In this document: positions 44,592 through 55,441 of the stretch, one piece after another | Numbering within the stretch: the first letter of the stretch is position 1 | Layout: every line of letters starts with the position of its first letter | Assembly: GCA_010093745.1 (NCBI GenBank) | Contig: MU005963.1 | Coordinates: forward strand, 20,217-84,216 | Length of the DNA stretch: 64,000 nucleotides | Direction of reading: 5' to 3' | From: Piedraia hortae CBS 480.64 | Lineage: Eukaryota | Position numbers and translations under genes: made by a program | Notes under the pieces: generated by a model | Seen by the model: the letters and a program-made list of their open reading frames with translations, nothing else | Database searches by the model: none | Told to the model about the DNA's origin: nothing

Positions 44592-47450
44592 ATGAACCTC
44601 CCCGGTCGGTTGCCGCTGTCGGCATTACTACTCTTTTTCTTCTTTGCCGCATCCAATGCTGCCTCATCAGTCATTGGCCTCGATTTCGGGACACTCAATC
44701 TGAAAGCGGTACTAGTGAAGCCTGGAATTCCCTTGGAGATTGTTTTGACCAGAGACTCCAAAAGGAAAGAAGTCTCTGCTGTCGCTTTCAAGCCTATCCG
44801 GGATGCAGGAAACAAGATTGTATTAGAACCGGGCACTTTTCCAGAAAGAGAATATGGGAGCAACGCCTTGGCTCTTCAAGGCAGACTACCAGGAGATGTC
44901 TTTCCAAATCTGAAGCCGCTATTGGGGGTTCCGTGGAATGGTGGAAGTGATGTTTTGGCTACATATACGGAGAGATATCCTGCTCTTCAGACTGCACAGC
45001 CGGATTCGGGCTCTTCAATCGCTTTTAAAAGTGCAGCATTTGTGGCAAATGAGTCTGTCTGGAGCGTGGAGGAGCTTTTGGCTATGGAGCTGGCAAATAT
45101 CAAGCGAAATGCCGAGCTAATGGCGGGAAGTGGACAGAATGTTGGCGATGTGGTCATTGCCGTGCCCCCATTTTACACGGCCAATGAACGTCGGGCGATT
45201 GAGACAGCCGCCTCATTGGCAGGGCTGGAAGTCAATGCACTCATCTCCGATGGTTTGGCCGTTGGCTTGGATTACGCCAAGTCGAGGAACTTTCCAGAAG
45301 TCACAAAGGGCCAAAAGCCAGAGTATCATTTGGTGTTTGATATGGGTGCTGGATCCACCACTGCCACCTTGCTTCGCTTCCAATCGCGCTCTGTAAAAGA
45401 CGTTGGCCGGTTCAACAAGACCGTCCAAGAGGTGGCTGTATTAGGCACCGGTTGGGATAGACAGTTAGGAGGTGATGGCCTGAATCAAGCTATTGTGGAT
45501 GAATATCTGCGAGTGCTTCTTGAAAAGCCAGAAGTGAAGTCCCTCGGAACACAACTAGGTGATATCAAGACTAACGGCCGAGTAATGTCACGGCTGTGGA
45601 AGGAGGCTGAGAAGGCACGGCAAGTCTTGTCTGCCAATGCTGAGACTCGAAGTTCATTCGAGGAACTATTGCCAGACCTTGACTTTGCCATGAAGCTTAC
45701 CAGGGCTGATTTTGAGAAACTTGCCGAGACACAACTCTCCCGTGTCACCAATCCGGTGGAAACAGCCTTAGCTGCAGCAAAGATGTCCATTTCTGAGGTG
45801 GATAGCATTATCCTCCATGGCGGTTGTGTTCGCACTCCGTATGTGCAGCGTAAACTGGAACAGTTGGCTGGTTCTGCTGCTAAGCTAAGGACCAATGTCA
45901 ACGCTGACGAATCATCTGTCTTTGGTGCTGCATTCAAAGGAGCCGGATTATCGCCCTCATTTAGAGTGAGGGCGATTCGTGACTCTGATATTGCCGGCTA
46001 TGCATCTGGAATAATCTACAGCGATGGTGGCAAGGAACGAAAACAGCAGCTCTTTACCCCAATGTCGACTGTCGGTAATGGTGCCATCACCAAGCAGGTT
46101 ACGTTCAGGCACAAGGATGACTTCACCTTTGACTTGTACCAACTTGTTGATGAAGTTGAGCAACGTATCGCTAGCATCCAGTCTGGGAATCTCACCGAGT
46201 CCGTAAAAGAACTCAAATCCAAGTTTGGCTGCGAAAAGGACGAAGTCTCTACCAAATTTAATATCAAGCTTGGTGCTGTTGAGGCATTGCCTGAAATCGT
46301 CTCGGCAACTGTCAGCTGCGAGACCAACTCCACCTCAAAAGGGGGAAGTGTCGGTAACGCAGTTAAAAATCTGTTCGGATTGAAGGGCAATAAAGGTCAA
46401 GAACCTTTGGCAGATAAGGAAGATGAAGGTCCGGTCGAAGAAGTCTATGCTTCCTCGACTTCAACATCACAGTCAAGTACTACGTCAACAAAAGCAGCTG
46501 AGCCCACCACGCGTACGGAAACAATCCCAATCTTACTAACTGTCTCTCCTCACGGGGCTCTTCATCTTCCTCGCGAAGTATTCCAGCTCAAGCGCAGCCG
46601 TTTAATTGCGTTCGACCGCTCTGATCACGCACGATATTCGCGCGATGAAGCGTTGAATGTTCTTGAGAGCTACGTCTACTTTGTACGCGATTTCTTGGCA
46701 AACAAGGACTATCACACCGTTTCGACATCTTCTATGAGAGATGAGATTGGCAAGCTGTTGAGCTCTGTCAGTTCATTTCTTGAAGATCATGAGCAAGTGG
46801 GCAAGGCTAGCGAGGGGGCATTCAAGGATAAGAAGAGTGAGTTGAGAAAGTTGGTCGAGCCCATAATATCAAGAAGAAAAGAGGAAACGGCGAGGCCAGA
46901 AGCTATCAATGCGCTCCGCAGGAGTCTTGGCCAACTGAGCCAATTTATAGACGTAATGAAGGGTGAGGTTGAGACAGCATCCGAGGCGGCGTCTCCTCCT
47001 GCAGCGAAAGATGGTCTGGAGGACCTTGAGGAAGCTGACAAGTCATCTTCCGCACCTGCAGTAGAGACTGACGCCCCAGCTTATTCAAAGGCCGACTTGG
47101 AAAGTTTAGAGTCAGTTCTGGAGTCTACTAAAAAATGGTTAGAGGAAAAGGAGGATGAACAAGGGAAGTTGAAACCATGGGACAATCCAGCGTTGAGCAC
47201 CCAGGATATTGAGGGCCGCGCGAAGAAGCTCGCTGATGCGATGAAGGAAATGGTATCAAAGATGGAGAAGAAACAGAAGAAGGCGCAGAGCAAAAAAGCA
47301 AAGAGCGCCAAGCCTTCCGGAAAAGGGAAGACGGATCAACAAGAGGGGGCCGCGCACGCTCACGGCCATGGTGATGAACATGATCAATCCCATGACCAAA
47401 CCTCCCAACACGATCACAGTCATGGTGACAGCGACCATGACGAATTATAA
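44592..47450 (+). CDS. LHS1: ER Hsp70-family nucleotide exchange factor Lhs1/Grp170
   Basis: Signal peptide, GLDFGT, VLVKPGIPLEIVLTRDSKRK, FDMGAGST, NVNADES, and C-terminal HDEL. Confidence 0.95.
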   Translation: MNLPGRLPLSALLLFFFFAASNAASSVIGLDFGTLNLKAVLVKPGIPLEIVLTRDSKRKEVSAVAFKPIRDAGNKIVLEPGTFPEREYGSNALALQGRLPGDVFPNLKPLLGVPWNGGSDVLATYTERYPALQTAQPDSGSSIAFKSAAFVANESVWSVEELLAMELANIKRNAELMAGSGQNVGDVVIAVPPFYTANERRAIETAASLAGLEVNALISDGLAVGLDYAKSRNFPEVTKGQKPEYHLVFDMGAGSTTATLLRFQSRSVKDVGRFNKTVQEVAVLGTGWDRQLGGDGLNQAIVDEYLRVLLEKPEVKSLGTQLGDIKTNGRVMSRLWKEAEKARQVLSANAETRSSFEELLPDLDFAMKLTRADFEKLAETQLSRVTNPVETALAAAKMSISEVDSIILHGGCVRTPYVQRKLEQLAGSAAKLRTNVNADESSVFGAAFKGAGLSPSFRVRAIRDSDIAGYASGIIYSDGGKERKQQLFTPMSTVGNGAITKQVTFRHKDDFTFDLYQLVDEVEQRIASIQSGNLTESVKELKSKFGCEKDEVSTKFNIKLGAVEALPEIVSATVSCETNSTSKGGSVGNAVKNLFGLKGNKGQEPLADKEDEGPVEEVYASSTSTSQSSTTSTKAAEPTTRTETIPILLTVSPHGALHLPREVFQLKRSRLIAFDRSDHARYSRDEALNVLESYVYFVRDFLANKDYHTVSTSSMRDEIGKLLSSVSSFLEDHEQVGKASEGAFKDKKSELRKLVEPIISRRKEETARPEAINALRRSLGQLSQFIDVMKGEVETASEAASPPAAKDGLEDLEEADKSSSAPAVETDAPAYSKADLESLESVLESTKKWLEEKEDEQGKLKPWDNPALSTQDIEGRAKKLADAMKEMVSKMEKKQKKAQSKKAKSAKPSGKGKTDQQEGAAHAHGHGDEHDQSHDQTSQHDHSHGDSDHDEL

Positions 47451-47616
47451 CTCTGTACATAGTTCAGTGCAGCGGAAAAGATAGAGGAGTGGGCATTGTA
47501 GAGGAATAAGTTAGTGAGCTCTTTGATTTTAAACGGATTCAACCGTGTTCTTTCCAACGACAGCCCGGCCCCAAACAGAGTCTAAGTTGGAAAATACTTC
47601 ACTCCACTTCAACGAA

Positions 47617-47720
47617 GCCCGGATAGTTTAACGGTTAGAACATGGGTCTCATAGGACTTTATGATCAATCTCAAAAGATTGGGTCATCCCAAGATCCAAG
47701 TTCGATTCTTGGTCCAGGCA
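47617..47720 (+). tRNA. tRNA-Met (CAT), elongator type, with 32-nt intron 47654-47685
   Basis: Acceptor GCCCGGA/TCCAGGC (one C-A mismatch), D stem GTTT/GAAC, anticodon stem TGGGT/TCCCA with T31-T39, CAT at 47650-47652, T arm CCAAG-TTCGATT-CTTGG. The intron is at 37/38 and contains TATGA complementary to the anticodon loop. Confidence 0.93.
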
Positions 47721-47764
47721 GTCTGATTCCAAAGACTCGGCATCTTTGATGCTGAGGTGGCTTC

Positions 47765-47778
47765 TTTTTTTTTTTTTT
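47765..47778 (+). terminator. Probable Pol III terminator (T14)
   Basis: First long T run downstream of the tRNA. Confidence 0.6.
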
Positions 47779-47949
47779 GGGCCATTCGAACACGATGGTC
47801 AGAGCTTTTCTTTAAGCCTATTGGGAAAGCGCAGGCAAATTGCTTTGAGGTGGCTCTTGCTGCAAGCTGATGTCGTCTTCCTGTGCACCTATGACATCAT
47901 AGACAACCTCAGGGACTTGCAAATCGAATTCCGCCACCAGTAGATATTA

Positions 47950-50900
47950 ATGGCAGATTCCGGCTCGCTCAAGTATGGCAATGATCAAAATACGCGCAGG
48001 GTGCTAACAGATTGACAGTTCGCACAAGCGATCCAAGTCGGCCGCCGTCTCTCGCGCCATCCATCGCATGTCAACAAAGGTCGATGGATCTCAATCCACT
48101 ATGCAAGACTCGGCACATGACACGTTGTTAAGCCCAACGGGCAGCAACAGACCTGATTCCACTTTGCTGCTGCCGGGACAGCGAAGAACATCGACGCAGT
48201 CCCTACGGCCTGCCAAGTCCATGTCTGTTTCTTCCACATCTGTGCTCTCCCCGACTTCACCAGTATCCAGCCCTTTTCCTATCTCTAACACAGCTCATGA
48301 CGTTTCGATTGACGAATCTGTGAAGCTATTCAAGATATACGAGGCGCTGAGGAGCGGGGATACAGTTGCTGTAGCACGAGCATGTAGGCCAGATGACGGG
48401 ACCAAATTAGAAGGGACAACATGCTTGCATCTTGCGATTCAGTGTGCCGAGGATCGTATCATTGACTATGTTCTTGCTCAGCAATCAACCGACATCAATG
48501 CGCGCGATCGAGAGGGCAACACGGCTTTGCATCTGGCGTCGATGCTGGGCCGGGCGTCTGTGGTGAAATTATTACTGGAGCAGCCCTCAATCAACGACAC
48601 TGTTACAAATCATCACGGCAAAGTTCCAATTGAAGTTGCCCGAAATGCCGATATCTTTCAACAGCTGCAGCTCGCAAGGTCTTTATACATTGATAATAAA
48701 GTGCGGGAGATCCAGCAATTGGCAACATCTGGTCAGTATGATGAGCTGGAGAGACTCCTATCCGACCCCAAAGTCCAGGCTACAACTGACGTGAATGGCC
48801 CGGAACTTGCTAGTGATTCGGCCACTACAGAGAGTGGGGGAACGCTGCTTCATGAAGCTGCGCGAAAAAAGGACATCAAACTCGCTCAGATTCTGCTGAT
48901 CAACGGTGCTGATCCGTTCCAGCGAGATCGCAAGGGCAAGTTGCCTCAAGATGTGACTAAAGACGAGCGTACGCGCGCCATCTTGAAGAAGTCACCCGCA
49001 GCTCAAGTTGCTCAACGTAACATCCAAGAAAAGACTATCATAGGCGATGGCTCTCAGGTTGGGGGTCGTCTTAGTGTGGATTCCGGACCTGGCAGCAGAG
49101 AAAGTCGCGAATTCAAAGGGTTTCTGCGCAAGTGGACCAACTACACGGGAGGATACAAGCTGCGCTGGTTTGTGCTTGAGGATGGAGTGCTGTCGTACTA
49201 CAAGAACCAAGACGATGCGGGATCCGCCTGTCGTGGTGCCATCAACATGCGTATTGCCAAACTGACGTTAAACCCAAAGGATAAACTGCAATTCGAGATC
49301 CAGGGGAAGTCATCTGTCAAGTACCAACTAAAGGCGAACCATGAAGTGGAAGCTAAGCGGTGGTTCTGGACCCTGAATAATGCCATGCAATGGGCCAAGG
49401 ACGAGGAGAAGGAAGAGGCTCGCCGTGCCGCTCAACAATCAGCCGCTAGACATGAGTATTTAGATCGGCAGAAGACACATGACGACACCTTGGCACCGGG
49501 AGAGTCGCGTTCTGCCCCAAGCTTTCCTCGGGATAGCAACGATATTGGTGGGCGTGATGCTGACTCCATCACGCACATCAGTCGAGCCAACACTGGTACG
49601 GTCGGTGGTGATGATGACGATGAAGTAGATGATGATGATCATGCCATTTCTGGCAGGAAAGATGCCTACAAAATCACTGCTCAGTCGGCAATGCTGCAGC
49701 TGGATCTACTCGAGAAGATAACGAAAGCATTGCAGGCGGAACAGTCCAAGAACCCCAGCATACCCATCTCTAATGCAACCGTAGTCCAGGCTCTGGAGTC
49801 TCACACAGCCGCTATAGGCAATCTCAAGGGGCTGGTGGCGGATCTTTTGCGTATCTCGCGCGACCACGAAGTGCACTGGCAACAACGACTTGAGCGCGAG
49901 CAAAACATAAGAGCTCTGTGGGAAGAAAGCATGGCGCGTATTGCAAAGGAGCAACAGACCTTGGAGCACAGGATCGATGAGTCTGAAACGAAGAGACGAC
50001 GAACCAAGAAGGCTTTAAAGGAGGCGCTTGAAGGCACGCTGCCAGAAACTGATGAGCAAGAGGATGCCCCTAGGCAGATGCGAATTAGAAAGCCGACTAT
50101 TGCCACTCTAGATGTCTCTGACGCAGAGAGCGGTGATGAACAAGAGTTCTTTGACGCCCTCGATGCAGGAGAGGTTGAGGTCGTTGACTCCATGCCTCCA
50201 ACTGAATTGACTCAGCAAAAGACAGAAGAGCACTGTGCAAAGGCCAGCCACATTGCCAACTCGTTCAAGGGTTATGAAGATGGTGTGCGGAAGCGTCTTA
50301 AGATCGATGCTGATAATCGTCCAAAGGTTTCTCTCTGGGGAGTTCTCAAGTCAATGATTGGCAAGGACATGACCAAGATGACGCTGCCAGTTTCGTTCAA
50401 TGAGCCAACGTCGTTACTGTATCGCGTTGTGGAAGACATGGAGTACACAGACTTGCTTGACGTCGCAGCTAAGAGGACGGACTCAACTGAGCGGATGGTC
50501 TACGTTGCTGGCTTTGCCGCTTCAGAGTACGCCAGCACGATTGGACGTGTTGCCAAACCGTTCAACCCTCTTCTTGGGGAGACGTTTGAATATGTCAGAC
50601 CTGATCTGGGCTATCGATTCTTCATTGAGCAAGTCTCACATCATCCACCGGTTGGTGCCGCGTTTGCTGAAAGCCCGCGTTGGGACTACTATGGCGAATC
50701 GGCGGTGAAGTCCAAATTCTACGGAAAGTCCTTTGAATTCAATCCCCTAGGCACTTGGTTCTTGCACCTACGCCCTGCATCAGGGGGCGAAGAGCTCTAC
50801 ACCTGGAAGAAAGTCACATCATCCGTAGTCGGTATCCTGACGGGCAATCCCGTCGTCGACAACTACGGCACTATGGAAATCAAAAACTGGACCACCGGCG

Positions 50901-51487
50901 AGATCTGCTACCTCGACTTCAAACCCACAGGTTGGAAAGCTAGTTCCGCCTACCAAGTCACCGGCCGCGTCCTAGACACGAGCGGTCAACCTCGCTGGAG
51001 CATCGGTGGACGATGGAGTGACAAGATCTACGCGCGCTTCACGCCAGGTTACGAAGCCACAGTCGAAGCCCCAACCAAATCCGGCAAAAACCAAGCATTC
51101 CTCATCTGGGAAGTCCACCCCCGCCCCTCTGGAATCCCATTTAACATCACCCCCTTTGTCGTAACCTTCAACGCCCTACCCGATCGTCTACTCCCATACA
51201 TTGCACCCACCGACTCTCGCCTCCGCCCCGACCAACGCGCAATGGAAGAAGGCGAATACGATCTCGCCGCGACGGAGAAGAATCGTCTTGAAGAAGCGCA
51301 ACGAGCTCGAAGGAGGAATCGTGAAGCGAAAGGTGAAGAGTTTGAGCCCAAGTGGTTTACAAGAGCCAAGCACCCTATTACGGGGGAGGGGTATTGGAAA
51401 TTTAACCATGAATATTGGAGAGTTAGGGATGATGTTGCTGAGGGCAAGACCACGTGGAGGGAACAGGGATTGGAGGAGATTTTCTAG
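47950..51487 (+). CDS. OSH1: Oxysterol-binding protein Osh1/Osh2 type (ankyrin, PH, FFAT, ORD); intron 47973-48018
   Basis: Ankyrin repeats, PH domain (LRKWTNYTGGYKLRWFVL), FFAT EFFDA, and EQVSHHPP signature. A 46-nt intron GTATGG...GCTAAC...CAG adds the N-terminus MADSGSLNSHKRSKSAA. Confidence 0.93.
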
Positions 51488-52605
51488 GGGGCAGACAGAA
51501 CTGTACCTATGCACTAGGGTTTGCGGTGTTGAAGGTTTGAATCTGTGCGGTGCAGCTCGATACATGATTACAAGAATGGGCGAGAATTCATAGCAATATC
51601 AAATGTGCGCGACGGTATCAGCGGAAGGCGAATGTCTGATCCCATCCCGAGGAACGTGACTGAAACTAATGCAGGAACGACCACAAAACGATGAGTAAGA
51701 CAATGTTGTTTCTGCGCGCATCAGGAAGGCTCCTGGTTGAACGAGGCCAGCTCTTGAAATTACAGACGCCAGGTGAGAAGCGCTGACTTGGAGCATCGGG
51801 CCAACCAAGTCCCAACTCGCTGGTTGGTCTTACTTGTCCCGTACCGGTAGCAGCTCTCGAACGCGGGATTTGTCCATAAGGAGTGACAAGCCCATACCAT
51901 TCCCATACTCTGTTGACGGAATTGGCAGCTGAGCTTATAATGGCAATCGGCTACCAGTGTCGTCTCGGGGACTCCATTTGGCTGAAGTCAGAGAGACATC
52001 GGGATTGCACTAACGCTAAAACAGCTCTTAGCGCTGAAAGATGGCTCATAACGTTGCGAAACGGCCCTTAATTTTGGAAAATGGCCCTGAACGTTGGCAT
52101 GAAGCCTCTATCCTATGAGCACGTGATCATATATTGCTAAAGTTCTCAGGGTTTTTACCTCACAAAGGATGTTTCCCATGGGATGTGGTCACGTCACATG
52201 ATGTGATCACGGCGAATGCGGTCCGGACCGCACCGGAATGTGAAGCAGTCGTGGCACTGTGCTTCCAGCACGCTCACAAGCACGACGGTATCTTAGCAGC
52301 AGAAGGGGCCGCGTTGACACCAATCCGACTACTCTGCAGCAAGAGAAGTCGTGTATGAGAGTCGGTAGGCTACGTAGAGCGAAACGCTGGACAGTTGCAA
52401 CTAGCTGGTAAGATCGTATTGTGTTTCTCTAGACGGCCCTACTCTGTGAGATTTGTGACAGGTGTGACCTATGTCAGTGTTGGGAAGGGCCGGAACGAAC
52501 CGAATGCAGGAGGAACATCTTTGGTTTTACGTACGTACGTTATCACAACGCGAACGTGTCAAAGTGCGGCACGGGCCGCTCCGACGGGATGCCCCGCGGA
52601 AGCGC

Positions 52606-52783
52606 TGTCAGGAACTAGTCCCAGTTCCAGTCACGTGGCTATGCACGGCCCGTAAGATTCTACTACACCGAGACAGTTACCCTATTGCTCTTCACGCGTT
52701 GTTCTAGTCTTTTAGGCAGTATAGCGTAGCGCACACCGCATTACTCCGTCCCCCTTGTGCCCTCCGGCCTCTCGGGCCTGACA
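52606..52783 (+). mobile_element. 5' LTR (178 bp) of a truncated retrotransposon, family C-related
   Basis: Perfect 7-bp terminal inverted repeats TGTCAGG...CCTGACA, no target-site duplication, followed by a PBS-like 10-mer and an ATG 40 nt after the LTR end. Confidence 0.75.
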
Positions 52784-52784
52784 T

Positions 52785-52794
52785 AACAACGCGT
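52785..52794 (+). promoter_or_regulatory. Putative self-priming primer-binding site
   Basis: AACAACGCGT is the exact reverse complement of ACGCGTTGTT at 52694-52703 inside the LTR. Confidence 0.65.
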
Positions 52795-52822
52795 CCTACG
52801 AATCGTTACCCAGCCTCTTAGC

Positions 52823-52987
52823 ATGTCTACCACGCACGCACCGGCTGTCGAGGGTGATGATGATGAGGACTTGATAATTGCGACTCAGCAACTCAACCGT
52901 CAAAGTGAGGAAGCTAGCCAAGCTACCAACTTAAACACTGCGGCCTCTCAGGCTGCTGCTAACCTGGCGGCTCCACCAGCTGCCTCA
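52823..52987 (+). pseudogene. Possible gag N-terminal fragment truncated by a family B LTR
   Basis: Position just after LTR and PBS; the 55 codons carry no diagnostic motif. Confidence 0.4.
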
Positions 52988-53295
52988 TGTAGCGATAAGG
53001 TTCTCGTTGATGGGAGTGCGCAGCGTCCCGAACTAAGCGATAGACGGAAATTGACAACAGGGACAGGACAGATGCAGATGGATATGAGTCAATACCGGTG
53101 TCGATATGACAGTGTTAATGACTATCTATCTAAGATGAAGGGACGTTCAAAATAAAAATTCTGCACCGGTGGGCCGGTGACGTCACGTCGTACACTAGCA
53201 GGGCGCATTCACAATATCACATATGACATGACCTTGAGGAAAAATCTCTGTGAGGGAAAAATCTAGGGTGCAGCTGGTAGTGTAGGAGGTATCGC
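52988..53295 (+). mobile_element. LTR family B, copy 2 (3'-truncated)
   Basis: Direct homolog of 18395 to about 18712, e.g. ggacagatgcagatggata, atgactatctatctaagatga, cgtcacgtcgtacactagcagggcgcattca. Confidence 0.85.
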
Positions 53296-53893
53296 TGACT
53301 TGCTATGCAAGTGCCCCACTTACGCGCTAGCGGCGATGCTTGAATCCCATAGTTGTCCCAGCGAATTTCTGAGGTTCAATGTGAAGAGCTGCAAGTATGG
53401 GATGTTGAAACTTGCATTTAGGATAACAATATGGCCAAGTGTCAAACGCGTATTGACGAGGAGCGAGAGTTGGTAGGCTAACGAGCCTTTCAAAGTGCGA
53501 ATGTTTGCCACATTATGTTACAACCCCTTGTTGCGACCTGAGCTCCGCAATTGGGGTACTGACTTCTGGGGCCAGGTTTACTTCGCGTCATTGTGATGGA
53601 AGAGTTGTATAATGTTGGTGCGATAAGTGGGAGCTTCGCCTAAGACTTATAGAAAAGAACTTACAAAGTCACCTGCGTTTTCCCGAACTGACGTACATGC
53701 GAGAATTTCTCTTTACGCGCTAACTATGTTTACTCTACAATAAGGTCATTCACGCGACGCCCAGAGTACTACCATGCCAACCATGCAACAACACTGTCAT
53801 ATGTATGTTCGTGCACATGCGGCCCCATACAAAGCTACGCCCAATTTCAACCGCACCAACATCGAACTCCCGAGCTCGAGCCTACCTTAAACT

Positions 53894-55441
53894 ATGGAAG
53901 ACCAGGAGAACGTGCCTCCGACGCTCCGTGCGTGGAAGGCACCCTCTACAGCTTCGACTGCTGTGCAGCCAAGTGGTAACAATGGCGAAAGACAATACAC
54001 CTTCAAGAATTACACTGCTGGATCCTCTGCTGTCGGATACGGAGGGCCTGCGATGCACTACAATACTTTCGGACAGTACGTCCTTCCGGAGAACAACCAG
54101 CGTGTACATGCACCGCAAGGAACACAGTTCAACTCCTTCGGCAAGCTGGTTCCTGCTGCTACTGATCTTGGGCCGGCCCACGTCCGCCCGGGGCAATATG
54201 AAGTTCCCAAAAGTATGCAGTCCAACATGACGGCGGATTTGGACAAGATGTCATTTACTGGGCTATATGGCAATCCCTTTTCCTCTGGCGTATATCATCA
54301 AGGCCAAGCTAAGAGCAAGAATCATGTTACCGTTTCTGGGATATCGGGAAACCCAGGAACCGTTGTGCAGGGAGGAGGAATGGCTCTGCCATTTCGAAAG
54401 AAGGGAATACCACTTGACCCTCGTATGAACCATCCCGAATGTCATGCCCAACAGCAGTACCTGCAGCCGCAGCAAGGTAACGGCCGTCCTTCTGCCCCCG
54501 GGGGATACAGTCTTGCTCCTCCGCCTTCTGTAACATATGATCTCTCAGATATGCCCAATCGCGATAACACGATCACGCCCACCCCCAACCCAGCCATCGG
54601 GAAATTCATGGGCGGGATGTATGAGCCGACACAGGTGAACATCCCTCCGCAGCAGCAGCAGTATGTTGATCCCTACTATGAAGTCCATCAAAAGCAACTG
54701 CGCGAGATCCAGCAGCTGCACTACCAGCGTATGCAAGAACACATGCGCGGAGAGTCTCGTCCGCTGGCCCAGGTACCGGAGTGGATGGCCAAGTACTATC
54801 AGCCTACACCTGGCAACGAGACTTCTGTTCCTCCCACGATGAGGACGGAAACGTTCCATCAGGTGCTTCCAGGTTTCGCGGCCAAACCCACCCAAGGCTA
54901 CGGCCAGCAAGCCCGAGCGCAGCAGATCTATACTCAGCATCCCTACCCTGCACCCACGCAGGCCCCAGCTCCTGGAAACCCTTACATCCATAAGGGAACA
55001 CAGATCATTAACCTGCAGGGTATGATGCCACTGCCAGCTCAATATCCAAACCAGGGTTATATCCTCCCTAACCTTTCGCAGGTGAATCCACAGCGCTTCC
55101 AGCAAGTAGGCTACCACCCGCAGGACTTTTATCACGCCCAGCTCGTCCAGCCGCCGGCGGGACTCTACCCTCCCTTTGTAAATTACAACGCCGACCAGCC
55201 CCATGAGGAACAGTGTTTCGTTTACCCCTCCCCTCCTCTTCCCGGACAAGAGTCGAGTATGAAGGGTTTCCCTGGACCTTATTACATCCCGGCCGCGCGT
55301 CACGCTAGGTTTGCGCCGCAGCCAGTGGAGGATTTGGAGACTAATAATGCGGGCGATAATGGCGGGTCGCGTAAGGCTCCCCCGCGCGGTGCGAGGGGCA
55401 AGGGAAAGGGAAGGACAAGGAAGAGCAAAGCGAGGAGGTAA
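53894..55441 (+). CDS. Hypothetical Q/P/G/Y-rich low-complexity protein with basic C-terminus
   Basis: 515-codon ORF with an in-frame stop just upstream of the ATG and an A-rich tract after the stop. No domain recognised. Confidence 0.7.
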   Translation: MEDQENVPPTLRAWKAPSTASTAVQPSGNNGERQYTFKNYTAGSSAVGYGGPAMHYNTFGQYVLPENNQRVHAPQGTQFNSFGKLVPAATDLGPAHVRPGQYEVPKSMQSNMTADLDKMSFTGLYGNPFSSGVYHQGQAKSKNHVTVSGISGNPGTVVQGGGMALPFRKKGIPLDPRMNHPECHAQQQYLQPQQGNGRPSAPGGYSLAPPPSVTYDLSDMPNRDNTITPTPNPAIGKFMGGMYEPTQVNIPPQQQQYVDPYYEVHQKQLREIQQLHYQRMQEHMRGESRPLAQVPEWMAKYYQPTPGNETSVPPTMRTETFHQVLPGFAAKPTQGYGQQARAQQIYTQHPYPAPTQAPAPGNPYIHKGTQIINLQGMMPLPAQYPNQGYILPNLSQVNPQRFQQVGYHPQDFYHAQLVQPPAGLYPPFVNYNADQPHEEQCFVYPSPPLPGQESSMKGFPGPYYIPAARHARFAPQPVEDLETNNAGDNGGSRKAPPRGARGKGKGRTRKSKARR

